This document shows, in pieces, positions 1-12,935 of a stretch of DNA of 64,000 bases. Under the pieces are notes generated by a model, which saw nothing but the letters and a program-made list of their open reading frames with translations, was not told where the DNA came from and made no database searches. Position numbers and translations under genes: made by a program. Source of the stretch: Eledone cirrhosa (taxonomy: Eukaryota); NCBI GenBank assembly GCA_964016885.1, contig OZ024745.1:77686001-77750000 (forward strand), read 5' to 3'. How positions within the stretch are numbered: position 1 is the stretch's first letter; every line of letters starts with the position of its first letter.

Positions 1-120
1 TGTCAAGTTTGTCTTTCATCTTCCTGGGGTCGATAAAATAATGTCCCACTAAAGTACTAGGTGTTGACTTTATCAACTTTGCCTTTCCTTTAAATCTGGT
101 GATTTTGAGCTTAAATTAGA
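1..120 (+). mobile_element. Degenerate SINE central-domain fragment
   Basis: CTTTCATCTTCCTGGGGTCGATAAAATAA matches the reverse complement of the SINE body at 27450, 46393 and 56011. Confidence 0.4.
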
Positions 121-1027
121 AATCAAATCTCAAATGCAATCTTTATATTTGCAACAACAAGAATGCCAGGATGGGAAAAAGCAGAGAAATTCACATTTAT
201 TATTACAGATATTGAAAAACTGAAAAGTTGCATTATAATAAAAACTACTTGGTCTAAAATCGCTGAATTTTCATTGTTTTTCTTCATTCTGTTAAAATAT
301 ATTAATTTTCCAATACTCAAGTATTATGTACGAAGTCATCTAGTATTCTGCTGTATCACAAGTCTGCTACCAGTAACATATAGGAATAATAGATATTTTC
401 CACTTAAAATGCCAGAGAATAATAACTACAGCATGAAATGGCAATTTTAAGTGCTGCAAATTTGCATTACGAATTATGAAATAGATTAATCTGGTGATCC
501 ACTTTGAGTTAAGGGTAACGACATTCCTTAGATATTTCTTTAACCTGTTGGCTTTCAGCAGTATGGCTGCTGTGAGATCTTTTCTATATATGATAAGAAA
601 AGGTAAACTAGCAAAATGAAGCCTTGCAATATAAGTGTATGAGAGGAAGAAGCGGACCAGTAAATGTCTTAAACTTTGGAAATATACATATCTTTGAAAG
701 AAAAATATGGACCTTATTCATTCCTTTTGTTATATTATATGAACTATTTTCAGACTCCAAACAAGGCCTGAATCAGTATAGGCTGGTCATTTCCCATGGA
801 AGTCCCTATGTCTAATATGAAGCATGTGATCCCATCACATTCATATGAATACCAGTAAAAGTACAGTAAATGCGGGTGAATCTTGAGTACGTAATATCTA
901 TATCAATACAATCAGGTATACATACCTGCATACATACAGACGTTGTATACATACCTGCATGCATACACACATGCACCCCTATCATCATCATCACCGTTTT
1001 ACGTCCGTTCTTCCACGCTAGCATGGG

Positions 1028-1094
<67 letters not shown>

Positions 1095-1175
1095 AAAAAC
1101 TATGACCCCAACGGCAGAGCTCAAGCCGTTTCGACGGCTATTTCTGGACAGATAGATAGATAGATAAATAGATAG

Positions 1176-1470
1176 AACGTGGCCGAATGATTAAGAGGTT
1201 CGCATCGCAATAGTTAGGTTCCGGTTTCAATCCAACACCATGGTATCTTGAGTAAGTTTCATATGCCATAGCCTCAGGTTTACCCATACCTTGAGAATGT
1301 TTCAAGGACTCTACTTGTAAGAACCCGCTTTGTCACACTGTATTATGATGGATTCCTCCGAGAATTACGTTTAGGTTAAACATATCTGTGGAATGCTCAT
1401 TCACTTACACGTTACTTTCATCAGCAAGCTGTTCATTTGATCAAACAGTTAGAACCCTCATTTCCGAAAC
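1176..1470 (+). mobile_element. tRNA-derived SINE (degenerate)
   Basis: A-box-like GTGGCCGAATGA and B-box-like GTTTCAATCC. The body (GAGAATTACGTT...TGTGGAATGCTCA) recurs inverted at ~1560-1700. Confidence 0.5.
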
Positions 1471-1544
1471 TGTGAATAAGCTTATTATATAGTAATAAAT
1501 ATTATCCAAGTGGTTAGAGCATGCAGTCCATAGGACGGGTTATG

Positions 1545-1715
1545 ATGTTATGGTGAACAGAATAAACTGCCGAGTGGAACAATCTCCACTCTGTCTTAAC
1601 GTCCTTAGTTTTCTCAGGCATATGGCTGAGCTGAGCATTCCACAAACACGGGTGACCCTAACGTAATTTTCAGCGAATCTCAACGTGGAACTGTAATAAG
1701 ACTGGCCTTTTGAAT
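1545..1715 (-). mobile_element. Inverted fragment of the same SINE family
   Basis: GCATTCCACAAAC...AACGTAATTTTC is the reverse complement of ~1360-1400. Confidence 0.4.
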
Positions 1716-2706
1716 TACAAGTACAGTTCATTCGACGGACTTCCAAACAGTATCCTTCTATGTAATACCATCACAAGGTATAGTTCAACTAGAGGCTATG
1801 ACAAATATCATTTTCCAAAGATTCTGAGAATCTCTGGCTTCGATAATATCTGTTATATCTTAATTTGTGTTTTTGCACTTGTGTTGAGGTGTTCTTTGAC
1901 ATGAATGGGTAATGTCCTTATCACGTTGCCGATGTAGAATTTGCTGCATTTAGTTTGAAAAGCACATGGTTCTACTGCGGATAGAACATTTCGCCAGTGC
2001 ATATCAGTGGTTGTTTTCAAGACGTTTTCTATAAACATTTCCGCAGTGAGAGGTTAATTATATCACCAATCCCTCACTGCAGATAGGCATGTTTGATGAC
2101 CTTAGACCCTGAAGAAGATTGACATTGGTGGATGTTGGATATTCATTGGCGTCTAGCCCATTTAATATATGAATTAATTGTAGTAGGTGTTTATGCATTT
2201 GTGTAAAAGTATGTTTCAATCTTATTAAATTTTTCTTCTGAAATACAAGAGCAAAAACTAATTTGGCAGTTACTATATTCTGTTAGATTTGAAATTCAGA
2301 CAATGATAAATACTGAATAAATACTTGAAATAATTTTCTGTACTACTGGTGAACTGAATTAGTAAAATGCAGGTAAACATTTTGTTTGTTTTTCAATAAA
2401 CACCTTCTATTCAAATGTTATTGTATTCTGTTAGGTAATGTAGAGTCGGATGATTATAAGGAGATATCTGAACCTATCATTACGGTAAAAGATATTTTCG
2501 TCTTCTTTCAGTAAAAAGTCTTCTTCTTATGTTTGAAATATTCGAATCAGTTGCTTTGTTCTGAATACATTTATTGTTTCCTGTTTCTTTGTCTCTGCCT
2601 TTCCTTCCATCCTTCCCCTCGTTTCCTGTCTCACGTTCCACGTACATACTCACATAACTTTCTTTCTTTCATTCTCTCTCTCTCTCCCTCCATATATATA
2701 TATATA

Positions 2707-2806
2707 CAGCGTGTCCCCAAAAATGTATACACACTTTAATTACCTGTACAGGCAATATTTTATTAGAATGCTGCTGAAGTGTGTATACATTTTTGGGGAC
2801 ACCATG
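2707..2806. mobile_element. 100-bp Tc1/mariner-type MITE
   Basis: ~30-bp terminal inverted repeats CAGCGTGTCCCCAAAAATGTATACACACTT / AAGTGTGTATACATTTTTGGGGACACCATG, flanked by TA. Confidence 0.75.
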
Positions 2807-2845
<39 letters not shown>

Positions 2846-3008
2846 GTGCGTGTGTGTATGAGTGAGTGAGTACCTACCTACACACACACACATATATATA
2901 TATATATTTATATAGAAAGATTTGAATGGATATTACAACACAACGGAAAATACTGTATATATATTTATATATATATATAATATATATATATTAACATATA
3001 TATACATA

Positions 3009-3204
3009 TATTATAAGAACAGATTAAAGTTTAAGCAAAGAATCGCTGCTTTCACCCCCTAACGGGATCTTTTGAAACTGTTTCAGAAGATCCCGTTAAG
3101 GGTGAAAGCAACGATTCTTTGCTTAAATCTGAATATGTTATTATAATAACATAATCCTTATCGGACCCTCTTCCTCTTCGGATTTTAGTCTTCAATTTTA
3201 TTAT

Positions 3205-3207
<3 letters not shown>
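3009..3207. repeat. Snap-back (inverted arm + unique tail) insertion in (TA)n, probable PLE pseudo-LTR remnant
   Basis: ~70-bp inverted arms centred near 3079. A homolog lies at ~50683-50755. Confidence 0.55.
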
Positions 3208-3267
<60 letters not shown>

Positions 3268-3272
<5 letters not shown>

Positions 3273-4009
3273 AGATTTGAATGGATACAGTTTAGTTGAA
3301 AGGAATTTATTGACACGTGTTTCTATAACAGTTACATAACCTAAAACAGCTATCTATAAACTTTTAGTTATGCAGACATTCAATATTTCAATGTTATTAT
3401 TTACTGTCATTTCATCAGAATAATATTACTGAGGACCTATTTAGTTTTTATAGAGAATATTAGGAGGGAGGGGTGAAGTTGTTAGAAGAATAGTTGAAGG
3501 AGTGGTTTTTCGATAGCAGTGAGAATTCTTGGTGGCAGTGAGTAATTAGATTCCCATCTGTTGTTTTGACATTTTTTATGGAATATATTATTGGTTATTT
3601 TTCTAAATCTATAGAAGGATTAGAGATAGTAAAGATATGCGTGGTTGGTTTTGTGTTTGCACTTAACATTCAGACTTAAATTTTTCTTTCAAGTGTACGT
3701 ATTCTTTCACCCACGCATTCACACACAAATATATTTGCACACCTCTACAAAATACATATACTCACAATTCACATATTCATACTTACATATATATACACAT
3801 GCATACACATATATATACACACATGTATTCATGTACATACATACGCGCTCATGTGTATACATTTTCATACTCAACTTATCTTTATATATACACACGTATA
3901 GACACACACATATATACATACATACTCTAGTCCATGTGTACACACATACGCATACATACACATCCACATACACATACATACATACACACATATATATATA
4001 TATATACAT

Positions 4010-4064
<55 letters not shown>

Positions 4065-4829
4065 TACATATACCCACACACACACATATACACATACACA
4101 CATATATATATATATATATAAGCACTTTAATACATGAATACACTTACATCTAACTATACACATCAAACATATATATATATTTACTTATTTATATACATTT
4201 TCACATATATATACATACTTATGGACGTTTTTAGACACATTCATTATCGCATATTTGTACCTATTCTCATCAGCATATCTTTTCATTATTAGTATGGTAA
4301 TTTAAGGTTATTAATATATGTTGAGAAGAGATTGTTTTTATATTTTTCTAACTAGATTAAGGTTTATATAGTTGGGGGATGTCCCTCTTTTATGTAATAT
4401 TCGGCTTGTAGTGGGAAAAAAGGGTTTTAGTTCTGTGACGGCAGAATAATGTTCGTTCAATTCTGTTATTCAGCAGTTTCTTCTTGTGTGTGATTATGTA
4501 ATAAATCTCAAGATTACACAATTTGCAAAAATTTTGGCTCCTGGAAAAGCTTTGGGTTTTAGCTAATTTTTCCCATTTTAGGGTAAACTTTTGATTGCTA
4601 TCCCTGAGCGTCCAAGCATAACTAAAAGTTTATAGATAGCTGTTTTAGGTTATGTAACTGTTATAGAAACACGTGTCAATAAATTCCTTTCAACTAAACT
4701 GTATCCATTCAAATCTTTCTATTTTTCTCCGGATTACTTTTGGAACTACAACTGGAACCGTCGAGCAAACTCTACGTGAGCTGATAATCTACTGTGTGTA
4801 ATATTTATATTACAACACAACGGAAAATA

Positions 4830-4832
<3 letters not shown>
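3268..4832 (-). mobile_element. 5'-truncated Penelope-like element with inverted pseudo-LTR
   Basis: Minus strand ~4430-4583 reads LKWEKLAKTQSFSRSQNFCKLCNLEIYYII...FCRHR, homologous to the GIY-YIG C-terminus of ORF 8331-9905. Segment 3268-3373 is inverted at 4615-4722. Flanked by (TA)n. Confidence 0.8.
3306..3424 (-). ncRNA. Type I hammerhead ribozyme motif with long stem II
   Basis: TTATT-CTGATGA-AATGACAGT...ACTGTTATA-GAAA-CACGTG-TC-AATAA; palindromic stem III ACACGTGT, GUC cleavage site. Confidence 0.7.
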
Positions 4833-4876
<44 letters not shown>

Positions 4877-4877
<1 letters not shown>

Positions 4878-6573
4878 CGGCGATGAATTAGTTTTGCGAG
4901 GTTTTTTATATCAAATCGTGTGTCTAAACAAATATTGTTATACTTGGGGAGGGTCATATTTGTGTAATAATATTGCCAGAATTAATAACAGAACACACTC
5001 ACTGTTTGGTTGGTTTTCGCTTCTGTGTCCTTTATATCGGTTAATTTAATTTATTCGGTCCTCAATGTTACCATTGACTGACCAACGGTCAAGAATACAG
5101 ATACAATATAGACACAAACACATATATATAGTCTAACAAAGTTCTTTCGTTGCACATCTGCAACATCGTCAGTGGTGCTATTATGTTTCCTCCCGTTGCA
5201 CTGTATGCCTACGCCACCTTTATTTAGTCTGTTTATTTATTTGTTTATTTTTTGTCTTCTCTGCGCATGCGTTTGCGTGTGTGTATAGTGTTTTGTTTGA
5301 TGTGTGTTCGTGTTTGGGTGACTGTGTATTGGTTATTGTATTCTATCTTAATTTACTAGTGTGTGTTTATATGTGTTTGTTGTTATTGTGCTTGTGTATT
5401 TATTTATTTATTTATTTATACTTCTCTTAGGTCAGTGTTGTTTGTTTGGGTGTTGTTGTTATTCCATTCATTTTTTCTGTTTAGCCTTGGCCTTCTAAGT
5501 TCTATTTCGCTGGCCTCTCTGATTTGCCTATCTGCTGGGTCATTTCTATGTTTAGATATTATTCTAATTTCTATGTTGTCTATGTTACCGTCGTGTTGTT
5601 GTCTGGCATGTTCGTATAGTACTGAACCGTTTTTTCGTCCTTTTAGTTCCCCCCAGTGTTGGTCTATCCTTTCACCTATGCTACGAGCTGTCTCGCCTAT
5701 GTATGTTGTTGTCATGTTTCTGCAAGTACCTTCTGTACATCTTATGCTATAGACTACGTTTCTAGTTTTACAGTTTATCCGGGGGTTTACCTTACATATG
5801 ATACATTTCCTATTAATACAGTGGGTTTTCTTAAAAGGGTAGGTTTTGATGATCAGGGATTTTATGGTGGTTCCTGGCTTTTCTACCACCTTAATATTTA
5901 AGTGGGTCTTTCTCAGGGCCTTTCTACACTGGTTAGCTAATTTCCCTCCAGGGGTAGCGTCCACAAACATGACACTCTGGTATCTCTAGTTGTCGTACCA
6001 TGAGGTGGCTTTCCCTATCTTATGTCTAGTCCTATCTAAGCTATTCCATGATTTGCTCCTGTATAATGGGCAAATTCCTTTCATGTCCAGTTCTATGAGG
6101 GTCTTATACTTCTCCGTGGCTCCTTCGTATACTCTGATTCTGTCTCTTTGATTGTAGCCAGAGAACTGCATGCGGTTGATGAAGTGTTGGATGTGTCTTT
6201 CCATTTCTGTTGGGTCGCACATGCGGGACACGTTCTTCATCACTCGAACCAAGCCTGCGATCACAATATTAAACTTAGCACTACTGGACATTGCTGAGAT
6301 TTTGAGTATCAGGTATTTGGAGGCCATGGGTTTAGCATAGTGTGAGTGGAGAATTTGGGCTCTCTCGTCTATAGTATTAATCCAGAGTTCCGTGTCTAAT
6401 ACAGGTAGTCTATTGTTAGGGTGTTTGGAAGGGTAGTCGATAGTTACAGTTATACTCTGGTGTATGGAATTAGCTATCTACTGGATGCTTTCCATTGTGC
6501 TACGTTCTAAATTAAAATTGTTAGTGCTTTCTTGTGGGGTTATTATTACACAAATATGACCCTCCCGAAGTAT

Positions 6574-6580
<7 letters not shown>
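4877..6580 (-). mobile_element. 5'-truncated Penelope-like element (same family as 52866-54841)
   Basis: RT thumb + GIY-YIG coding remnants. Segment 4934-4972 is inverted at 6542-6580. Flanked by (TA)n. Confidence 0.85.
5416..6540 (-). pseudogene. PLE RT C-terminus/GIY-YIG endonuclease, interrupted by stop codons
   Basis: ORFs 5986-6327 and 5416-5970 (VVYSIRC...YIGETARSIGERI) are highly similar to ORF 53352-54617. Confidence 0.85.
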
Positions 6581-6645
<65 letters not shown>

Positions 6646-6848
6646 TTAATTATACTATTTATGGTTATGTAAATATAAAAACCTTTTGCAGTTATATATA
6701 TTTTTATACAAACCCTAAATAGTGGTAGGCAGTAATATATTACTACCTTATTACCAGTAAGTTAAGTAGCTCAATGTAAAAACATCAGATGATTTACAGA
6801 GCAGTTATATGAATTATAAGAATCAAAGAACTGTTCAAAACATTTTTA

Positions 6849-6895
6849 TGCTTACAACTGTTTCCTCCAAACCGAGGTTTGGCTTCTTCGGAGCA
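6849..6895 (-). ncRNA. Hammerhead-like motif with CCGAAGA core (copies at 11043-11089 minus and 11349-11395 plus)
   Basis: TGCT-CCGAAGA-AGCCAAAC CTCG GTTTGGAG-GAAA-CAGTTG-TA-AGCA. Confidence 0.65.
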
Positions 6896-8330
6896 ATTTA
6901 TTAATGAATGAACACTTATATGATCTCCTTTTCACCCAAGAGACATACAGATACATATGCAAATATTGTGGGTCAACATTCAATACGTTTAGAGTGGCAG
7001 TACACACTTAGAGATTACATTCATATTAAAAGATACAATCAAAAATACAGGTTAAAGTACATGAAATTAAGCGGTTATATAGTGCAAAGTTTATATGTGT
7101 GGCAAGCACGTGCGTCTTGTTTATATAGTGTGGCAGAGAGTTACGTGTAGTAGAAGCCCTTAAGTAGGTAAACAAGAGTGTTAGGTTGGTTGATCTGGTG
7201 ACAAATTCTTTATATGATTGTTATAGTCTGTGTGTGGAGAAATAATATAAGCATTAAAAATAGTGCAAGCATTAAAAATATTTAAAATATTGGAAATGCG
7301 CAGTGAAGGGATGATATGGATCCCATGTACTTCGACATTTTCATAGTCTGGGGAGTGTATTTTTCAGATTATATGCTCCTCACATAATCCACGACGATTC
7401 GATATTGAGCGTTTGACAATCCAGTTAGAGAATCGTAGTCTGATGTTCTTTAGTTCAATACAGGAGGATGTTACGTTTCGAGAATCGACATCGAAATACT
7501 ACCCGGAAGTGTGTGTGTGGCTAAGGGGAGTTAATGCATGAGGGGAGGTAACTCCGAGGTTTCTATTACTAACTATTAAAATGTGTCTCAAAATAGACCC
7601 TAACTTCTATGGTTATGCGCAATTTCTAAAAAATTTCTAAAACTTAAAGTGTTTTAACTATAGAGTAGTCTATTAAGTTGTGCTGAAGGTGTTCGTATTA
7701 TTATGGTGATTAACCCCCATCGTAGAGTGCCACAAATGAATATTATAGACGACGAGCGAGGGTTCTAAATTAATGATCTCTGTGGTTGCAGTCTACTCAA
7801 AGGACCCGGCGCGGTGATTGCAGAATCTCTTCAACACACAATGATCTCTGGTAAGTTCCGGGTCATCGCTTGCTACATTGGATGTCGAAAGATAATCACC
7901 AGGGCCGACCAGAGGTCAATCCACAGTCCTCCTGACCCCAATCTGACCATCAAGTCATCCATATATGTACAACCCATACGCCACTTGCAATACATTCATT
8001 CCCTGCACTCAGCGTACCGGTCATACTGCTCATCAGCGTTACTAGATTAATTCGTTTTTCATCTGTCCAACGATGGCACTTCCTTCGCACAACACTAACA
8101 AGACAATCAATTCATGCTTAAACTACCTATAGAGCGGTGTAGTGCAGTTCAAGTGGGTGGATATTGTCACACCTAAAGTAGAGGTACAAATGGGTTATTC
8201 TCCCTGCGAAGGGTTCTAGAGGGATGTCGCTGTTTGTGTTATATTAGATCAGTGAGTGTTGGGTATGTGGTATAAGGTGTGCCCCTGGTGTTTGATGCTA
8301 GAGGTGGTGTTTGGTTCAAGTCCGACATTG

Positions 8331-10789
8331 CTATATATTGGGCTTAAAGTTTTGGAAGGAATGTCTGAAGCGGTGCTGGCAAGTTGCAAACACTTCAGAT
8401 TTTTTGTTAAGTAGGTTACGGTTAGAGAAGATAATATTGTGGGTCTCTAGTATACAGAGGTTACAAAATTTATTAGGTGGTTTGTACGAAGTCGCGCTAC
8501 CTATCACTTCCCATTTGAGTGTGTAAGGTTTATTTTTAGTTTTTAGATAGTGTATGTAGCTAGATAGTGAGGTGGAGTTGGCTAGACTGTGCTTTTTGAA
8601 CGAGTGGATGTGCGAATTATATCTGATTTTGAAGCAGTTAGAGGTGGAGCCTACATAGGTTTCTGAAGAGTTGCTAGTTGTGACGGTGCATGAGTATATG
8701 GTATCCTTGGTTAGGCATTTTTTATCTAAAGAGCAGGTTCTATTAGCTCTACAGTTACAATTATCCTGTGTGTTAGTCTGCTGGTTATAATGCAGTGCAG
8801 AAGTCTGGGTGGTAGCTATAGGATTTTGGACATTCGGGTTGTCGACCCCGGTGTTATTTCTTATACTAGTGTTATTTCTATTGTTACTGCCGTTACTATG
8901 GTTGCTTGCTACAGAGGTATTTAGAAGTTTTACCTCCTGTTGTGATTTCGTTTGTTGGAAGTAAGAATTAATTTTACTTTTATTGCTGCTAGCTATGTGG
9001 TATGCTAAGTTAGGCGTCGTAGAGTATGAGATTTTAATAGTGTTTTTGTTTAAAAGGTTGTGGTACTTGTGTCCTAGAGGGAAGTTTTTATCTAGTAGTG
9101 AGAAGAAAGCCCTAGGTATGTTGGTGGAGACATTTAGGTTGAAAGGAGGGTTGAAAAATGTATTATTTCTTCTTCTATTTTTGTTTTTAGTGTCTGGTGT
9201 GTTGTTTCTTCCTAAGGCACTACGGTAGTTTCCGTGGTAATGGTTACTTCCGGTGGCACCCTCCACTTTGGTGCACTTGCGGTTGCTATTCCTATTATTA
9301 GGTTTCCTCATGGACATGTTGTGCGAGATGATGTTGTAGCTATGCGTTTTCTTAGGTAGGAACTCAATTTCTATATTATGGCCGAATCTAGTTAATGCTT
9401 GATTATAATATTGTGAGTTTTTGCTAAATATGTTTGCGTCATAGGATAGATTAGAGATTCTATTGGATACCCCCTTAGAGATAGAGTTTAATATTGATCT
9501 AGGGTGATTAGACTTGGTATCTACGTAAATGAGTTTTTCGTTAGGCTTATGGAAAGGTGTATATATTTTTGAGTCTAGGTATAGTGAGGCGTCTAGGAAG
9601 TTAACATTTTTAGTGTTTTTGTCCATGGTGATACTAAGGTTAAAGTTTTTGAATGTCTTGTGCAATAGTTTTCTAGTTCTTTCTATATTAAATTTTTTAT
9701 ATTCTATAAGTAGAAGTGCATCACCGCGGTACAAACCACCGTTGAGGTAAGGGAGGTCCTTATGTATTTCATTAAGAAGGTATAGGCCGACCAAATCAGT
9801 GACCTGCGCCGAGTCACTAGATCCCATGGTTATGTCGAAGTTGTTATGCGTATCCTTGCGTGTCCATAGTTGCTCCTCGAAGGTGATTATGGTTTTACGG
9901 GCCACAAGGATGACATCAATCTAGGCTCTATTCAGGTCGCTATTGTTCATGGCCATGATTAGTGCCTTATTTAATAGGATAGGGGAATAGAGGTGTAGTA
10001 TGAATTGATATCAAATTGAATAAACTTTTTGTCCTTATTATTCTTTATATCTTTGAACCATTCAATAACTTGACCCGTATTTCCCCATTGTTTAAGGTGT
10101 ATCTTGTGTTTAATTTGTGGGATGATTTTATCTAAAATTTTCTTGCTGATAATACCAATGTCGGACTTGGAAGGGCAGATAAGTCTTATCGAGGGGTTGC
10201 TAATGAAGTCCCCCTTATGATCCTTCAGAGAGAATCTAGGGGGGTTTGGGGTGAATGGTTGTGTATGCCTCTGAAGTCCTAGTTTAGACACTATATTATA
10301 TCCCTCTATATTAATATCTTCTAAGTTTTTCAAGGTGGTCTTCTTGTAGCTTTTATGTAGTTCATTATATATAAACTTTCTATAAGTACTATAATCTAGG
10401 CTGTATATGTTATTAGTTTTATCTGCGTGTACAATAATTTTATTACTAGTTTTGAATTCATTAATAGAGGTGTTAAGTTTGTTTAAGAAGGTGTTGCTTC
10501 TATTATGGTGCTTATTGTATTTAATGTTCTTAACTAGTTTAACTAGGTCATTTTCAAAGGAGTTAAGTAGTGTGTTATGAGGGGGGCTTTTAAAGGTTTT
10601 AAAGCCGAAGGAGTCAAATTTGTTAGTATTATGCACATTGTTAGATCTGTTTCTATCATAATGGAATGTCCTCCATCTCACTCTATTGATAAATGAATTT
10701 ACACTGTTGATCAGCAATTTCTCATATGTATTCCTGGATGGTATTGGTATGTTCTTGGTTGACATGGGGAGTTGGTCTTTGATTAGCAT
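8331..10789 (-). pseudogene. PLE polyprotein (RT + Cys-rich linker + C-terminal GIY-YIG), disrupted
   Basis: Motifs HADKTNN, QFDINSYYTSI, ITMGS, LYRGD (YRDD altered), CNCR..C.L..KC, IY...YVGST. Frameshift near 9975 and TAG near 9922. Confidence 0.9.
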
Positions 10790-11985
10790 ATTGGTAATTT
10801 ATTGTATGTCAGCTCAACAATATGGAGCAGTTAATAGTATTAATTATACTATTTATGGTTATGTAAATATAAAAACCTTTTGCAGTTATATATATTTTTA
10901 TACAAACCCTAAATAGTGGTAGGCAGTAATATATTACTACCTTATTACCAGTAAGTTAAGTAGCTCAATGTAAAAACATCAGATGATTTACAGAGCAGTT
11001 ATATGAATTATAAGAATCAAAGAACTGTTCAAAACATTTTTATGCTTACAACTGTTTCCTCCAAACCGAGGTTTGGCTTCTTCGGAGCAATTTATTAATG
11101 AATGAACACTTATATGACCTCCTTTTCACCCAAGAGACATACAGATACATATGCACTATATAACCGCTTAATTTCATGTTGTACTTTAACCTGTATTTTT
11201 GATTGTATCTTTTAATATGAATGTAATCTCTAAGTGTGTACTGCCACTCTAAATGCTGTAATGAATGTTGACCCACAATATTTGCATATGTATCTGTATG
11301 TCTCTTGGGTGAAAAGGAGGTCATATAAGTGTTCATTCATTAATAAATTGCTCCGAAGAAGCCAAACCTCGGTTTGGAGGAAACAGTTATAAGCATAAAA
11401 ATGTTTTAAACAGTTCTTTGATTCTTATAATTCACATATATATATATATATATATATGGTAAAAGTTAACCCAACAATAACTGCTGGATGATGTAGCAGG
11501 CGGACATACTTGTGTGTATAAGACAAACAAATTTAAACCAATTAAAGGAATTATATATGAGACGTATTGGAGAGTACGCGTAGTTATTACCAACACAATG
11601 TAAACTCAAGGCATGATTTGATCTGATATAGAGTATAATATAACTGCAGATCTTAACTTAAATATAAGCGTGAGCAAAGAGTGATGTCAAAATTTAAATA
11701 AATTACGAAAGAAGAGATGATTGTTGCCATAGAACCTAATGGTAAGATTGGTGCTAGTATACTTGATATAGTAATCCAAGAAATTTTAATTGTCCAAGAA
11801 AGTTAATTAGATATGGAATGCAATGTGCGCGTGTGAATCTGATCTTTATCAGTACGGTGATAACTTCTAACCTCATTCCATACTTAATCATTCTGTCTCA
11901 CTCTTTCCCTCCATCACTCCCCCCTCTATCTCCCTCTCTCTCTTTCTTTCTCTCTCTCTCTCTCTTTCTCTTCGGTTTATACCTT

Positions 11986-12935
11986 ACTAGCAGTGGTACC
12001 CGGCGTTGAACGGGATAAGGTATTTTGGAACGCGGGCCGCCAACAGACCTAATCGTGGAAAAACTGCATGCCTAGACAACATGTAAAGGAAATAAACCGA
12101 ATACTCTGATGGCTGGATAATCTTTAAGATTTTCCTCGATGAAGCAGGAAAAATGCAGGTTTTCACCTAGGGGATCAAGAAAATGATTTTTTTTATGTGC
12201 ATAATATACCTTTAAATTTAGGGAAAACCGTCTAGACGTAACGCCTCCAAAAAGCCCTAAGAAGCTGAAAAAAATGAAGTTTTTCATCTAATTGCTTACG
12301 GTATGAAGAAGAGACTGACTAATACATAGTTACAATTTCAAGGAAATCGGTCTGACGTAACGCCTCAAAAAACCCCTAAAAATCTTTTAAAACGCAGTTT
12401 TACACCTAATGCGGGCCCTAGGCCATAAGAAAGTCGGATTTTCTTTGCTTACGGTATGAAGAAGAGACTGACTAATACCTAGTTACAATTTCAAGGAAAT
12501 GGGTCTTACGTAACGCCTCAAAAAAACCCTAAAAATCTTTTAAAACGCAGTTTCACACCTAATGCGGGCCCTAGGCCAAAAGAAAGTTGGATTTTCTTTG
12601 CCATAAGAAAGTTGGATTTTCGTAAACTGAAGCTATTACAGCGATGTTTTTCTTTACCGGCTTTAATTTTTAGTGTTGTGTGAAATATATAACCTGCAAA
12701 CCTGAATTTTGAATCGCAGCAGGGTCGACTTTATTTCACTCGCTCCACTAAAAGCTGGATTTTTTTTGACCACGGTATGAAGAAGAGACTGACTAATACA
12801 TAGTTACCGGCTTTCATTTTTAGTGTTGTGTGAAATATATAACCGCCTTAGCTAAGCTTAGTATTGCTGACGTAATGCAGACAGTCAGAAATACAGACAG
12901 ATAATATAAGGGCGCGACGTTATATGTATGTATCT
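11986..12935 (+). mobile_element. Non-autonomous Helitron/Helentron-like element with internal ~154-bp tandem repeats
   Basis: Begins ACTAGC...TACCCGGCGTTGAACGGG (subterminal hairpin). Repeats at 12292-12445 and 12446-12600, partial at ~12772. GACA-type simple repeat near the 3' end. Confidence 0.6.

Larger units (their letters stand above)
6643..11437 (-). mobile_element. Full-length Penelope-like element with direct and inverted pseudo-LTRs
   Basis: 6643-6960 is directly repeated at 10836-11153, and 11153-11437 is an inverted copy of ~6806-7084. Internal RT-GIY-YIG ORF; both flanks (TA)n. Confidence 0.92.

Noticed and set aside
1780-2200. Very decayed PLE RT-thumb remnant on the minus strand
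   Set aside because: Only weak motif hints; needs a profile search.
9920-9975. Selenocysteine read-through in the PLE ORF
   Set aside because: The interruptions are a frameshift and TAG, not in-frame TGA, and the RT motif is also mutated (YRGD).
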